This document shows, piece after piece, positions 7,963-18,011 of a stretch of 64,000 bases of DNA. Numbering within the stretch: the first letter of the stretch is position 1; each line of letters opens with the position of its first letter. The translations under genes were made by a program, and so were the position numbers. The notes below the pieces were generated by a model, which did no database searches, was not told the origin of the DNA, and saw only the letters and a program-made list of their open reading frames with translations. The DNA lies in IMG/VR virus record IMGVR_UViG_3300044213_000175. The stretch is one strand, 5' to 3'. The DNA is from an uncultured virus (IMG/VR IMGVR_UViG_3300044213_000175). Its lineage: Duplodnaviria; Heunggongvirae; Uroviricota; Caudoviricetes.

Positions 7963-7978
7963 TTGTTTGGACAAAGGT

Positions 7979-8548
7979 ATGAAAAATAAACCCAGTAAAA
8001 GCAACGATCGCTATTTTCAAAAAAATAATTACATAGAACGCTGCAAGCGAAATGGACAATTGCCCAGGGAAGACTATCTAAATATGTACGATAACTTAGA
8101 AAAAAAGAACGATGAGCAGGAACAGGATCCCGAGTGGGCTGTGGATAACTTGGAAGCTGACCTAAGAACTACCGACTGGATTCTCGAAAAAGTAAGAACA
8201 AATACGGTCTATGCACAAAACCTTTATGCAGCAATGTGTAACACCGAGTTTATTAAAAATGATGTATGGCCGTTATTGATCGACAAAAAATGGCGTTGCA
8301 GTTGGAGGAGTGCGGGCGGCATTATTGCCGATATGAGACAAGAAGGTGACTACATGAATTGGTATTGTTCTGGTATAATTGAATATTGTTCAGAAGACCA
8401 ACTTGCCACTATGAGTCCCGAAGAAGTAGATGCATATCAAAAGATGAGGGCCACCACAGTACCTGAAGGTGTTGTCACCGATGAAATTCGTAACGATTTG
8501 TTAAAATTGGGTTGGTTGGTAATTCAAGATAGCAATTTAGACATTTAA
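7979..8548 (+). CDS. phage hypothetical protein
   Basis: Long ORF; start placed at the ATG after AAAGG. Confidence 0.7.
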   Translation: MKNKPSKSNDRYFQKNNYIERCKRNGQLPREDYLNMYDNLEKKNDEQEQDPEWAVDNLEADLRTTDWILEKVRTNTVYAQNLYAAMCNTEFIKNDVWPLLIDKKWRCSWRSAGGIIADMRQEGDYMNWYCSGIIEYCSEDQLATMSPEEVDAYQKMRATTVPEGVVTDEIRNDLLKLGWLVIQDSNLDI

Positions 8549-9675
8549 ACTAATCGATCAACGTGTTTTTTGATAAAGTCATTAAATGTATCTGTAAAAC
8601 ATTCAACTAAGGTGTCCATTCTTAATCGATTATGTGATAACGTGTCCGATGCAAGTTGATATATTTCTGTTGGATTTTGCTTTGCTAGCCAAATAAGTTG
8701 GGAAGTTATGGCATCTATTTTATCTTGACCCCAAGATAATTCATCATACTGTTCGTCAATTAACCCGTGGAATGTCTTGAATCCTAATTTTTGTAAAAAC
8801 TTTAGTTGATGTTTTCCGGAGCACAGTATGAACACCCTATCTAGAAAAATGGCCTTGGCGGTTTTTTCTGTCAGAAAATATTCGTTGTCTTTATATCCTG
8901 TCTCCGAGATTAAACTGTAGTGGGAATTAACATATATAGCTGAAGAAATTTTACAACTCATTCTAATACCAGATGATAATTTATCTCCAGAATGGGTATA
9001 CCCGTTATTTTTAAAATTATTGATATCATTGTCTTCGAGTTCGGCCAATGCCGATGAAATGTATTCAGCAACCCCATTAGTTGCGTGCCACGGACTATAT
9101 TTTAAGTTTACCAAAGATTGTTCTAGTAGATCAGTTTTTTGCAGAACATTAAAAATATCTATTCTATGTTTTTTCATCGAACCCAGCAATGCATCATATT
9201 TAAAAGGTTTACTTAGGGTATTATCAATTTTTCTTGTATTGTTATAATAAATCTCACTGAACCAGTAAGGAAAATAAAGTACATCGTCTGATGAAAAAAC
9301 ATCATTGATGTCTGCCACATTTGTAAATCCTGCCGATATAAAAACGATGTTTTTGTTTTTTAAATGATCTTTATATTTTTGTCTATTATCCAAATCAATT
9401 ATCTCGTGGGTCAAACAAATTATCAATTCTGCCGAGGACAAATCAGCAATAATAGGGTCAAATGATTCTGTGTTGTTACTAAACAAATCTATAATTACAA
9501 TTTTCCTGTTAGGCAACCCATTGAAATTATTCAAAAACTCAGAATGGAATTTCGGCCAAACCATTTTGAGTAACCCAATTCTATTTCCAAGGGAGTCGGA
9601 TATAAACTTTCTAAAATCGGTAAAAGAAGGGTCCTGAATATGAGAAAAACATACAAAAGAATATACATCAAACAT
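8545..9675 (-). CDS. hypothetical protein, possibly glycosyltransferase-like
   Basis: C-terminal TEKT...LGFKTF...IDEQYD pattern; AT-rich; TAAATA 4 nt upstream of the ATG at 9675. Confidence 0.65.
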   Translation of the reverse strand: MFDVYSFVCFSHIQDPSFTDFRKFISDSLGNRIGLLKMVWPKFHSEFLNNFNGLPNRKIVIIDLFSNNTESFDPIIADLSSAELIICLTHEIIDLDNRQKYKDHLKNKNIVFISAGFTNVADINDVFSSDDVLYFPYWFSEIYYNNTRKIDNTLSKPFKYDALLGSMKKHRIDIFNVLQKTDLLEQSLVNLKYSPWHATNGVAEYISSALAELEDNDINNFKNNGYTHSGDKLSSGIRMSCKISSAIYVNSHYSLISETGYKDNEYFLTEKTAKAIFLDRVFILCSGKHQLKFLQKLGFKTFHGLIDEQYDELSWGQDKIDAITSQLIWLAKQNPTEIYQLASDTLSHNRLRMDTLVECFTDTFNDFIKKHVDRLV

Positions 9676-9695
9676 ATGGTATTTAACCAAAATTA

Positions 9696-9724
9696 TTGCA
9701 ATTTATGGAGAGATTTAGTATAAT
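9696..9724 (+). promoter_or_regulatory. sigma70-type promoter
   Basis: TTGCAA-N17-TATAAT. Confidence 0.65.
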
Positions 9725-9748
9725 AACAAAATCAACTTAAAAATAATT

Positions 9749-10123
9749 ATGACTACTAATCCTTTCATTGATCAAGAAACATTCATGAGGGCCTGCGGGC
9801 AAACTTCTATAGATTTTAATCAAGAACAATTCTTTATGTATCTGAAGTTAATTAACGAAGAAACAAAAGAGTTAACCGATGCCCTCACAAACAACGACAA
9901 GGTCGAAATGCTAGATGCATTAATTGATATGATTGTCGTCATTATCGGCGCTATGCACAGCGCAGGATTTGATGCCGAAGGTGCGTGGAACGAAGTCATG
10001 CGAACCAACTTTGCTAAAATTGATCCCGCAACTGGAACGGTAAATAAACGAGAAGACGGGAAAGTTTTGAAGCCCGAAGGGTGGCAACCGCCCAACCTTA
10101 CACCTTTTCTGGTTAAACGATGA
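9749..10123 (+). CDS. MazG-like/PRA-PH nucleotide pyrophosphohydrolase
   Basis: LINEETKEL, DALID, EVMRTNFAK and REDGKVLKP motifs. Confidence 0.85.
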   Translation: MTTNPFIDQETFMRACGQTSIDFNQEQFFMYLKLINEETKELTDALTNNDKVEMLDALIDMIVVIIGAMHSAGFDAEGAWNEVMRTNFAKIDPATGTVNKREDGKVLKPEGWQPPNLTPFLVKR

Positions 10124-10440
10124 AACACGTAAGAATCGATAATACAGGTCGTCGGGGATGGTTTGTAGGTAACTTCGAGGAAGCGGCATATAAAACTGAT
10201 GCCGCCGAAGTTATTTACTATAAACAACCTGCAGGGAGGCCCGGTGATCACTTTCATACGGTTTCTGTCGAGATTGTTTTGATTGTAGATGGTTCTATTA
10301 GATGCCAAGGACAAACATTTATTAACGGTGATATAATTATTTTAGAGCCGGGAGAAATCAACGATATGGAATATTTAGTTGACACTACATTAGTCGGTGT
10401 TAAAACTCCGGCCAAAGATGATAAGAAGGTATTGATTTAA
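10120..10440 (+). CDS. cupin-fold protein
   Basis: HFH...E and GDIIILEPGE. Confidence 0.7.
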   Translation: MKHVRIDNTGRRGWFVGNFEEAAYKTDAAEVIYYKQPAGRPGDHFHTVSVEIVLIVDGSIRCQGQTFINGDIIILEPGEINDMEYLVDTTLVGVKTPAKDDKKVLI

Positions 10441-10441
10441 A

Positions 10442-11284
10442 ATGAGAAACTACTGGACTTGTACAAAATTTGCTGATTGGCTTCGTGGTACCACAAAACT
10501 AAAAGTAGGTACCGGCGAAGAATGGGCTGCTTGGGAAGATCGTGCTAAAAAGGACTTCCCTATCCGTTGGTGGCTGGCTGAAGAAGGTTTGGATCATATC
10601 CAAAACTTTGTCATGTATATCCCGGATAAACTTTACGATGTTAAGTACTACATTAACAACCGGTGGGTTACTCGTACACATGCTCTTACTGCCCACTCTC
10701 GGGACATTCCTCGTGGTCAATGGCGTGATGTGGGAAATCGTTTTCTCCCCTGCCTTTTTAATGAACTTGTGGATTACGTTGAAGTAGAACTAGCCTGGTG
10801 GCATCTTGTTTGGGAGAAAAAAGAAGAACGAGACAAATACAATATGCCTTGGTGGGCTGTGGGTTGGTGGCGTGTTCGTGCTTGGCGTTGTCCACAAGCT
10901 GGTCTAGACAACCTTGCGTGGCAGGCCAGTATTGTGGCTAAGGAAGACTATGGTCTCAACCCCGGCGATAAAGGCTACGGTGAACCCACACTACAGGCTA
11001 AAAATGCTCTAGAAATTTTGGCCTTGTACAAGTGGTGGACTGAAGTATATCCTAACCGTCCTGATCCCCATGATGCTAGCGGTTGGAGCGAATACTGTGA
11101 CCTCATGCGTAAGGAAAAGGGCGAAGGCATTCGTTGGATCGGTGTAAAGTCTAGCAATAAGGAAACTGAAAAGCTAGGTAACAAGGCTCTAAAACTTGTT
11201 CGTAAGATCGAACAGGACTATGAAAAAGAAGACACCGAAATGATGATACGATTGATCCGTATTAGAGACAGTCTTTGGACTTAA
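10442..11284 (+). CDS. Trp-rich hypothetical protein
   Basis: 280-aa ORF. Confidence 0.8.
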   Translation: MRNYWTCTKFADWLRGTTKLKVGTGEEWAAWEDRAKKDFPIRWWLAEEGLDHIQNFVMYIPDKLYDVKYYINNRWVTRTHALTAHSRDIPRGQWRDVGNRFLPCLFNELVDYVEVELAWWHLVWEKKEERDKYNMPWWAVGWWRVRAWRCPQAGLDNLAWQASIVAKEDYGLNPGDKGYGEPTLQAKNALEILALYKWWTEVYPNRPDPHDASGWSEYCDLMRKEKGEGIRWIGVKSSNKETEKLGNKALKLVRKIEQDYEKEDTEMMIRLIRIRDSLWT

Positions 11285-11287
11285 ATT

Positions 11288-11641
11288 ATGGATTTGTTTT
11301 TTAACTTTATTTGGTTTCTTATTCAAGTCATAGCGATTACCAGTATTATCACGCTTGTATCTGTGTATATTCAGTATCGCAGAGAAACAAAACGATTAGC
11401 GCAGGAATTAATCAATACCGTGTCCGATATTACCCATATAGTAAAAGTCGAACAACACGGCGATACATTGTACTGGTTTGATCAAGACAGCGATGCATTT
11501 CTGGGGCAAGGGAAAACTGTAGACGAGTGCATTTCCCATATTAAAAGTCGATATCCAAAACATCTTTTCTTTTTTCTAGAAACTAATACTTTATTACGAG
11601 CACCGCTATGGAAATTAGAAAAATTTAATGTTACTACTTAA
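11288..11641 (+). CDS. membrane-anchored hypothetical protein
   Basis: N-terminal hydrophobic helix. Confidence 0.7.
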   Translation: MDLFFNFIWFLIQVIAITSIITLVSVYIQYRRETKRLAQELINTVSDITHIVKVEQHGDTLYWFDQDSDAFLGQGKTVDECISHIKSRYPKHLFFFLETNTLLRAPLWKLEKFNVTT

Positions 11642-11649
11642 TAATTACA

Positions 11650-11679
11650 TTGACTAATTAATGCATTTTGTGCTATAAT
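11650..11679 (+). promoter_or_regulatory. sigma70-type promoter
   Basis: TTGACT-N18-TATAAT with TG extension. Confidence 0.6.
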
Positions 11680-11708
11680 ATAAACTATTATACAAGTAAG
11701 GACTATCA

Positions 11709-12104
11709 ATGACCATGCACTTAGAAGGACCTTGGCTAAGTTTAGGCGGCAAACGCAAAGGTAAGGTCAAGTTTCGAAACGCAGAAGAAGCTCGCAAAGC
11801 CAGAGAGTTGGATGCATCTTGGAAAGAGTTGCAAAAGAAATGGGGCGCAGAACAAGAATCTAAAAAGCGCCAGTCTGCCCTTTCTGCCCCCACACTGTCA
11901 TACAAATTATCAGCGCCTGCGGGCAGAGAAACTACCAAAGTCAAAAGTTTGAATACTGGACATACTGGTGCAGTGACGGTCAAACAAATTCCCCAATATA
12001 CCGGCAATAAAATTATCGGCATAGGCACGATGCATAAAAGTAATGCAGTGCCTATCTTTAGTGACGAACAAGCCGTAGAAATTTCAAGGATGCGCCGTGG
12101 GTAA
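11709..12104 (+). CDS. basic phage hypothetical protein
   Basis: C-terminal GIGTMHKSNAVPIF; AAGGA upstream. Confidence 0.75.
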   Translation: MTMHLEGPWLSLGGKRKGKVKFRNAEEARKARELDASWKELQKKWGAEQESKKRQSALSAPTLSYKLSAPAGRETTKVKSLNTGHTGAVTVKQIPQYTGNKIIGIGTMHKSNAVPIFSDEQAVEISRMRRG

Positions 12105-12390
12105 GAGTATCTTTTATTGTGAGATTGAAAGTTACGACCCTTTCCCGGATACTTGGGAATTTTCTCCAGGAATCATCTATGCTATTCCTGATCGCATAGA
12201 ATATACTACAAAAATATTTCGTGCTTGTTCCTATAGCACAAATGTTTGGATTCAGGGCCCACAAGGTGGCGTAAAAAAAAGAAAGTGTAGATTTACAAAC
12301 ATGTTCTATTATGTCACAAAAGACCAAGAAGAAATGAAAAAATTTATGTGGGCCAGACTTAGCGCCCGATCATTACCAAATTATATTTAA
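12097..12390 (+). CDS. hypothetical protein
   Basis: ORF in operon. Confidence 0.6.
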   Translation: MGKSIFYCEIESYDPFPDTWEFSPGIIYAIPDRIEYTTKIFRACSYSTNVWIQGPQGGVKKRKCRFTNMFYYVTKDQEEMKKFMWARLSARSLPNYI

Positions 12391-12408
12391 AGGAGAAGTA
12401 AAACTAAA

Positions 12409-12627
12409 ATGGCAAAGGAAGAAGCAATGAAAATGCACGGCAAAGTAGTCGAAGTGCTGGGCAATGCTATGTTTCGTGTTAAACTCGACGACAGTGATCA
12501 CTTAGTAGTTGCGTATATCGGTGGTAAAATGAAAAAATTCGATATCAAAATTATTCTTGGTGATAAAGTTACATTGGAAATGAGCCCTTACGACTTATCT
12601 AAAGGTCGTATAATGTTCCGTAACTAA
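12409..12627 (+). CDS. infA: translation initiation factor IF-1
   Basis: 72 aa; [39 protein letters not shown]. Confidence 0.93.
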   Translation: MAKEEAMKMHGKVVEVLGNAMFRVKLDDSDHLVVAYIGGKMKKFDIKIILGDKVTLEMSPYDLSKGRIMFRN

Positions 12628-12634
12628 ATACTGC

Positions 12635-13195
12635 ATGACGCAAATATTTAGAGATTTAATCGAGTTAGTAGAATCCAAAGGGTCCGAACTAGAGTTAGTT
12701 AGGCTACCTTACAGTCGTAGTTCTTTATCTCCGATTATGAGTAAAAATACTATCGATTATCATTACGGAAAGTTGGCCAAAGGCTATGTAGATCGCTATA
12801 ACAATCGAGAAGGTGATAGAGAGTTTAACGAAGCTGGTGCATTTTTGCACAATATATTTTTTAGTCAGTTTCGTACACCTCGCCCTAGTAATTTACCCAT
12901 TGGTGCAATTAAAACTCTAATTGAAAAAAAACATAAAGATTTTAAAGAATTTAAAGATGAATTCAAAGAACAAGCTCTTAAAGTACAAGGCTCGGGCTGG
13001 ATTTATTTAAGTAAAAACGGCGATATTAAAACTATTAAAAATCATCAAATTAGACAAGATATCGTTTTCCTAGTAGATATGTGGGAACATTCATATAATC
13101 TAGACTATGGCGCTAATAAAAAGGGCTATCTAGATAAAATATGGCAAATCATTGACTGGACCCGGGTGAATACCAGAGTAGTAGCCGGGAAATAA
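12635..13195 (+). CDS. Fe/Mn superoxide dismutase
   Basis: [27 protein letters not shown] and DMWEHSY. Confidence 0.88.
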   Translation: MTQIFRDLIELVESKGSELELVRLPYSRSSLSPIMSKNTIDYHYGKLAKGYVDRYNNREGDREFNEAGAFLHNIFFSQFRTPRPSNLPIGAIKTLIEKKHKDFKEFKDEFKEQALKVQGSGWIYLSKNGDIKTIKNHQIRQDIVFLVDMWEHSYNLDYGANKKGYLDKIWQIIDWTRVNTRVVAGK

Positions 13196-13196
13196 T

Positions 13197-13523
13197 ATGC
13201 TTACATTAACCGATAATGCTGTCAGTAAAATCAAAGATTTACTGGCCGAAGAAAATAACCCAAATATAAAATTACGCACATTTGTCCAAGGTGGCGGCTG
13301 TGGAGGTATGCAATACGGGTTTACCTTTGACGAGACACAAAACGAAGATGATTTTGTTGTAGAACAACAAGATGTTGCTATACTAGTGGATGTGGTTAGT
13401 ATGCAATACTTAGATAATGCCACCATCGACTACAAAGAAGAACTAATGGGTTCGAGTTTTACTATTGATAACCCCAATGCTCGAACAACCTGCGGCTGCG
13501 GAAGTAGTTTTAGCCCTTACTGA
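13197..13523 (+). CDS. erpA: Fe-S cluster insertion protein, ErpA/IscA family
   Basis: [11 protein letters not shown] and TTCGCGSSF. Confidence 0.9.
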   Translation: MLTLTDNAVSKIKDLLAEENNPNIKLRTFVQGGGCGGMQYGFTFDETQNEDDFVVEQQDVAILVDVVSMQYLDNATIDYKEELMGSSFTIDNPNARTTCGCGSSFSPY

Positions 13524-13543
13524 TAATTCAAATAATAATTTGG

Positions 13544-13579
13544 TTTAAACCCGATAAATAAGTTATAATCGGGTTTAAA
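13544..13579 (+). promoter_or_regulatory. 12-bp inverted repeat enclosing a TAAATA late-promoter-like motif
   Basis: TTTAAACCCGAT / ATCGGGTTTAAA, ending just before the ATG at 13582. Confidence 0.7.
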
Positions 13580-13581
13580 AT

Positions 13582-16050
13582 ATGGCTATATCACCAATTT
13601 GGATTACTCCTGCGGGAGATTTAGGAATTGTTCCTGAACAAGTATACTACGAAATTCAATTTGATTCGTACAACACTTCAGGAAGTCCTTTAGTGTATTC
13701 TGTAGTAACAGGAAAATTGCCTGCAGGACTGTCATTGTCAACTTCGGGATTACTGTCAGGTATACCAAATCCAATAATTAAATTAACTACAAATACGTTT
13801 ACTATTAGAGTTAAAAACGGCGAGAACAAAATTGCCGATAGAACATTCAGCTTAAGTATCGGGGGAATTGTGCCTCCAGTTATTTTACCAAATACTACTA
13901 ATTTAGGTTTTTATACAGATGGTACTAAAATTAATATACAATTGGCATCAATTGAACCCAATGCATTATTGACTCCTGTATTTACTATTATCTCTGGGGC
14001 ATTACCCAATGGTGTTACATTAAGTAAAAATGGATTGATTCAGGGTGTTTTAAGACCTATTCCCGATACCGGTTTATATGGCCCGCTAGATGGCCCACTA
14101 TATGATTACTATCACAGTATAACTCCTACATACGGTCCCGATTTTGATTGGACTAACCCAGACTATCCCACATATGTGTTGGGATTCGACGAGGCAGGAT
14201 TCGATAGCTCAGTGACAAAATATGCTAGCAAAAACTTTCAATTTACAGTACAAGTTAATGACGGCATCAATACCGATATACAGGAATACAGTATATATGT
14301 GTTTGCCGGAGACCTATTAACTGCCGATTCTACAATCTATACCGCTGATAACAATAGCATCACCGGTGACCAAACCACCGTAGCAAATACGTCTAAAGTT
14401 TATAGCCCAGTGATCAATACTCCTGCGGGTAATTTAGGATCAGTTAGTCAAGGAATTAATGTTGCATTTAAAATAGATGCCGAAGATTTTAATAATCCTC
14501 CTAGACCACTAACATATGAAACTATCCCAAGCAACGCATTAGACGGATCGGGGTTAACACTTAATGCCGCTAGTGGATGGATTACCGGTACAACTTCTGC
14601 CCACGCCAGCACATATGCGTTCAATGCCAGAGCATTTGCGGGAATTCCCAATGACATTTCTAATCCCTATAGAGATAGTGGTACTGTAATTTACAGTATA
14701 ACCGTATTAGGACTAGACTCGTTAATATGGGATACACCTAATAATTTAGGAAGTATTAATACCGGTGAAGTTAGCAAATTATTTGTAAACGCACATACTG
14801 TTAATAATCAAAACTTAATATATGAATTATTAACTCCGGGCACACTACCAATCGGGCTAAATCTTTTAAATGATGGTCTAATAACTGGCCGTGTGAGTTT
14901 TCAGTTATTCAATGATACCAGTGCATTTACCACTAACTCTACAACTTATACATTTACAGTAGCAGCATATACTGCTGACAAAAGTGTTTATGAAGAAAGA
15001 GTTTTCCAAGTTACAGTATCCGACGTAGATAGTAAGCCATATGAAAATCTTTATGCACAGCTATTACCTAGCAGAGCACAAAGAGATATATTTTATTCTA
15101 TAATAAATGATCCACAAATTTTTCCCGAATCATACTTATATAGAGCGTCGGACCCTTGGTTCGGAAAAAATTTCCAAAGACTTGTATTATTACAGTCGGG
15201 GCTAAACTCGCAGTATGCCAGCGCATATGTAGACGCTATGAATTTAAATCATAGTAATAAAAAATTAGTTTTTGGTGCAGTTAAAACAGCAAGAGCTGTA
15301 TCCAATTTTGAAACAATTTATGAAGTTGTGTATTTAGAATTAGGTGATGGGCAAAGTGCCGATTTAGAAGTTAACTGGCCTACAAATAGTGCAGGTGTTT
15401 CCACAGTATATCCTAATAGTTTTTCAAACATGGCCAAACGAATTTCGGATGGCATAGGTTATGAAGATAAAAGCATAATCCCGTTGTGGATGGAAAGCCG
15501 ACAAAAGGACGGGACTGTTCCGGGATTTAAGCAAGTCTTTGTACTATGTTATACATTGCCTGGAAAATCTGCAGAAATTGCGTATAACATCAATAAAGTT
15601 GTCAGTGAATTTGGATTAATTGATTTTACCGTCGATCGTTATGTCTGGGATGCGGCCTTAAGTCAAAATTATGACAAATCCGCTAATGTGTTTATTGCAA
15701 ATAATTATGTAATGGGCACTGGGTATATTGAAGCATATACAGAAAGTCCGTATGTCATTGGGTTTGCAGATCCTATAACCAACACCGAAACAAAATTTAC
15801 CACAGAACTATTTGTAAATGATCAGATTGTGGTATTTCAACCAAATTCAGATAAAGACGGTGCTGTATTGGGTACTGTAAAAGCAATTCACAGTGATAGT
15901 AACGTCGAACTATATGCAAATAGCTTCATAACTACTTGGGGTAATGTAAAGGAACCATCTGCATTTAAACATCTGGCAGTCGATAGTTATCTGACTCCGG
16001 GAGAAGGTGATAAATATCTTAAGTTTCCCCGAATTGGAGTTTTGTCATAA
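13582..16050 (+). CDS. virion structural protein with putative Ig-like repeats (baseplate/tail)
   Basis: Repeated GxLPxGLxLxxxGxIxG segments; 822 aa. Confidence 0.75.
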   Translation: MAISPIWITPAGDLGIVPEQVYYEIQFDSYNTSGSPLVYSVVTGKLPAGLSLSTSGLLSGIPNPIIKLTTNTFTIRVKNGENKIADRTFSLSIGGIVPPVILPNTTNLGFYTDGTKINIQLASIEPNALLTPVFTIISGALPNGVTLSKNGLIQGVLRPIPDTGLYGPLDGPLYDYYHSITPTYGPDFDWTNPDYPTYVLGFDEAGFDSSVTKYASKNFQFTVQVNDGINTDIQEYSIYVFAGDLLTADSTIYTADNNSITGDQTTVANTSKVYSPVINTPAGNLGSVSQGINVAFKIDAEDFNNPPRPLTYETIPSNALDGSGLTLNAASGWITGTTSAHASTYAFNARAFAGIPNDISNPYRDSGTVIYSITVLGLDSLIWDTPNNLGSINTGEVSKLFVNAHTVNNQNLIYELLTPGTLPIGLNLLNDGLITGRVSFQLFNDTSAFTTNSTTYTFTVAAYTADKSVYEERVFQVTVSDVDSKPYENLYAQLLPSRAQRDIFYSIINDPQIFPESYLYRASDPWFGKNFQRLVLLQSGLNSQYASAYVDAMNLNHSNKKLVFGAVKTARAVSNFETIYEVVYLELGDGQSADLEVNWPTNSAGVSTVYPNSFSNMAKRISDGIGYEDKSIIPLWMESRQKDGTVPGFKQVFVLCYTLPGKSAEIAYNINKVVSEFGLIDFTVDRYVWDAALSQNYDKSANVFIANNYVMGTGYIEAYTESPYVIGFADPITNTETKFTTELFVNDQIVVFQPNSDKDGAVLGTVKAIHSDSNVELYANSFITTWGNVKEPSAFKHLAVDSYLTPGEGDKYLKFPRIGVLS

Positions 16051-16965
16051 ATGACTAGTCAAATTAATTATAATATACTCGATGCTAATTTTCCTGTTGC
16101 AGGCCATGATAATGATAGCCAAGGATTTCGCGATAATTTTCAAATAATAAAAAATAACTTTGAATCCGCAGCTACAGAAATTTCAGCATTACAAGCAAAT
16201 GCAGTATTAGCCGGTCAAACTACCAACCTGAGCGGAGGTACTATTAAGAACATGACCGTAGTAGGGTTACAAGAATTTGCAACCGACTTAGGTACTGTAC
16301 AAGGAGCAATAATATACGACCTTGCCAACGGTAACTATCAATTGATCACATTAGGTGGAAGTATCACTATTACTTGCCCTGTTATTAAGAATGTAGTAAA
16401 TGCTATAACTATTAAACTAGGGGTGCAGGTATCGGATCCGTCCTATACCCTAACATGGCCCGACACAGTAAGTAAAAACATCACTAATCTAGATAACCAA
16501 AATGGACAAATAACAAGATTTACTAGTGCAGGTTATTATGTATTCCAATTGACTACTACTGATGGTGGTGTTACATGGTTTATTGATGAATTATCTAGAA
16601 ATCAAAATAATTTCCAAGGTGATGTCACTGTATCTGGTATGACTGATATGAACGGCGGAACAAGATACAGTGTACAGTTTACTAGTGACGCAACGAACGG
16701 CGGTACTACTCAATTATTGAGTAACGTCGGTTTGACTGTTATCAGTAGTGCCAATAATTCCATAACCAGTTACACTGTCTTAATGCCAACAACACCATCC
16801 AATGGTCAAGAAATTAAATTAGCATTTGCTAATACTATTCCCGCATTGACCATGACTGCAACTAGTCCAACTGTAGTTCATAACGGGTTGAATACTGTTA
16901 CTGCAGGTTCGGGCAGTACTTGGATTTATCATATTGCCACCGATGCTTGGTATCGAGTTGGTTAA
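16051..16965 (+). CDS. putative tail-associated structural protein
   Basis: N-terminal FPVAGHDNDSQGFRDNF; Thr/Asn-rich beta composition. Confidence 0.65.
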   Translation: MTSQINYNILDANFPVAGHDNDSQGFRDNFQIIKNNFESAATEISALQANAVLAGQTTNLSGGTIKNMTVVGLQEFATDLGTVQGAIIYDLANGNYQLITLGGSITITCPVIKNVVNAITIKLGVQVSDPSYTLTWPDTVSKNITNLDNQNGQITRFTSAGYYVFQLTTTDGGVTWFIDELSRNQNNFQGDVTVSGMTDMNGGTRYSVQFTSDATNGGTTQLLSNVGLTVISSANNSITSYTVLMPTTPSNGQEIKLAFANTIPALTMTATSPTVVHNGLNTVTAGSGSTWIYHIATDAWYRVG

Positions 16966-16974
16966 TCAAAACAG

Positions 16975-17003
16975 TTGATTTAAAGTTAATTTTGTGTTAG
17001 AAT
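16975..17003 (+). promoter_or_regulatory. sigma70-type promoter
   Basis: TTGATT-N17-TAGAAT with TG extension. Confidence 0.55.
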
Positions 17004-17023
17004 AGCACAAAGGACCATAAACT

Positions 17024-17260
17024 ATGCACCCATTCACTCCGAATCTAGCAGAAGTATCTGATGCCGAATTACAAAAAAATCATTCCGAAATAATGAAAAA
17101 AATAAACATGGCGTACCGTATGGGTAATGCCAGTTTGATTGATCAATTGCAGATGATCTTAGATGATTATACATCAGAATTAAATCGAAGACAGCAAAAA
17201 CAATTGGAAGAAATACTTAGCAAAAATAACAAGTTTTCTAATATAATTGATATCAAGTGA
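17024..17260 (+). CDS. hypothetical helical protein
   Basis: ORF with AAGGA upstream. Confidence 0.7.
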   Translation: MHPFTPNLAEVSDAELQKNHSEIMKKINMAYRMGNASLIDQLQMILDDYTSELNRRQQKQLEEILSKNNKFSNIIDIK

Positions 17261-17772
17261 AATATAATTCATACGGCGAACTTATTGTTAATGAATATGA
17301 TTTATGTGATTTGTTATACACAAATCCTGAATTAGATTTGACTAAATTTTTGGTATTGGATCCGGACCGGTATAATCTATCAAACAAGAATTTGCACACC
17401 GATTTACCACCATTAACAAGCTATACTCCTGTCGACTATGCAGGTATACAAGAGTTTGATAGTTGTAATCAACAGAAATGGTCTATGCCAAAAGAATATA
17501 AAGAATTAGACATAGCTGAATGGATATTGCAACAATGTAAAACCGAGCACGAGTTACAACGAGTTGGGCAAGAATTATTGATGTTTCAAGATCGTAACTT
17601 ATTTGATTTGCTTCGATTTATGAAATTTTTAGTTGACACGTTAAGAAAAAATGGTTTAGTGTGGGGAGTGGGCCGTGGTAGTAGTGTTGCAAGTTATGTA
17701 TTATTCCTAATAGGGGTACATAAAATAGATAGTATGTACTATGGATTAGATATCACTGAATTTCTCAAATAA
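17257..17772 (+). CDS. stand-alone DNA polymerase III alpha (DnaE)-like fragment
   Basis: WGVGRGSSVASYVLFLIGVHKID matches the DnaE GRGS region; only 171 aa. Confidence 0.8.
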   Translation: MKYNSYGELIVNEYDLCDLLYTNPELDLTKFLVLDPDRYNLSNKNLHTDLPPLTSYTPVDYAGIQEFDSCNQQKWSMPKEYKELDIAEWILQQCKTEHELQRVGQELLMFQDRNLFDLLRFMKFLVDTLRKNGLVWGVGRGSSVASYVLFLIGVHKIDSMYYGLDITEFLK

Positions 17773-17783
17773 AGGACAAATAT

Positions 17784-18005
17784 ATGGCAAATGGGATTTA
17801 TAGAACAGCAGCAGGTAAACAAATTAACATGGATCATCTTCGGTTACAACATGAAAAAGAAAAAGCCGTAGGTAATATGAATGCAAATGCAAGGGGAGAT
17901 GTTGTTACATCAGATGGCACTATTATTAAATCACGGAATCAACGTGTACAAGAACAATATAAACATACACCCCCGAACAATATATCTCAAATTAAAAAAG
18001 GATAA
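17784..18005 (+). CDS. hypothetical protein
   Basis: ORF with AAGGA upstream. Confidence 0.7.
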   Translation: MANGIYRTAAGKQINMDHLRLQHEKEKAVGNMNANARGDVVTSDGTIIKSRNQRVQEQYKHTPPNNISQIKKG

Positions 18006-18011
18006 AACAAA

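Noticed and set aside
9820..10314. Antisense and alternate-frame ORFs from the track (also 31388-31861, 39801-40332, 61622-62020)
   Set aside because: They overlap well-supported genes and show no motifs; treated as shadow ORFs.
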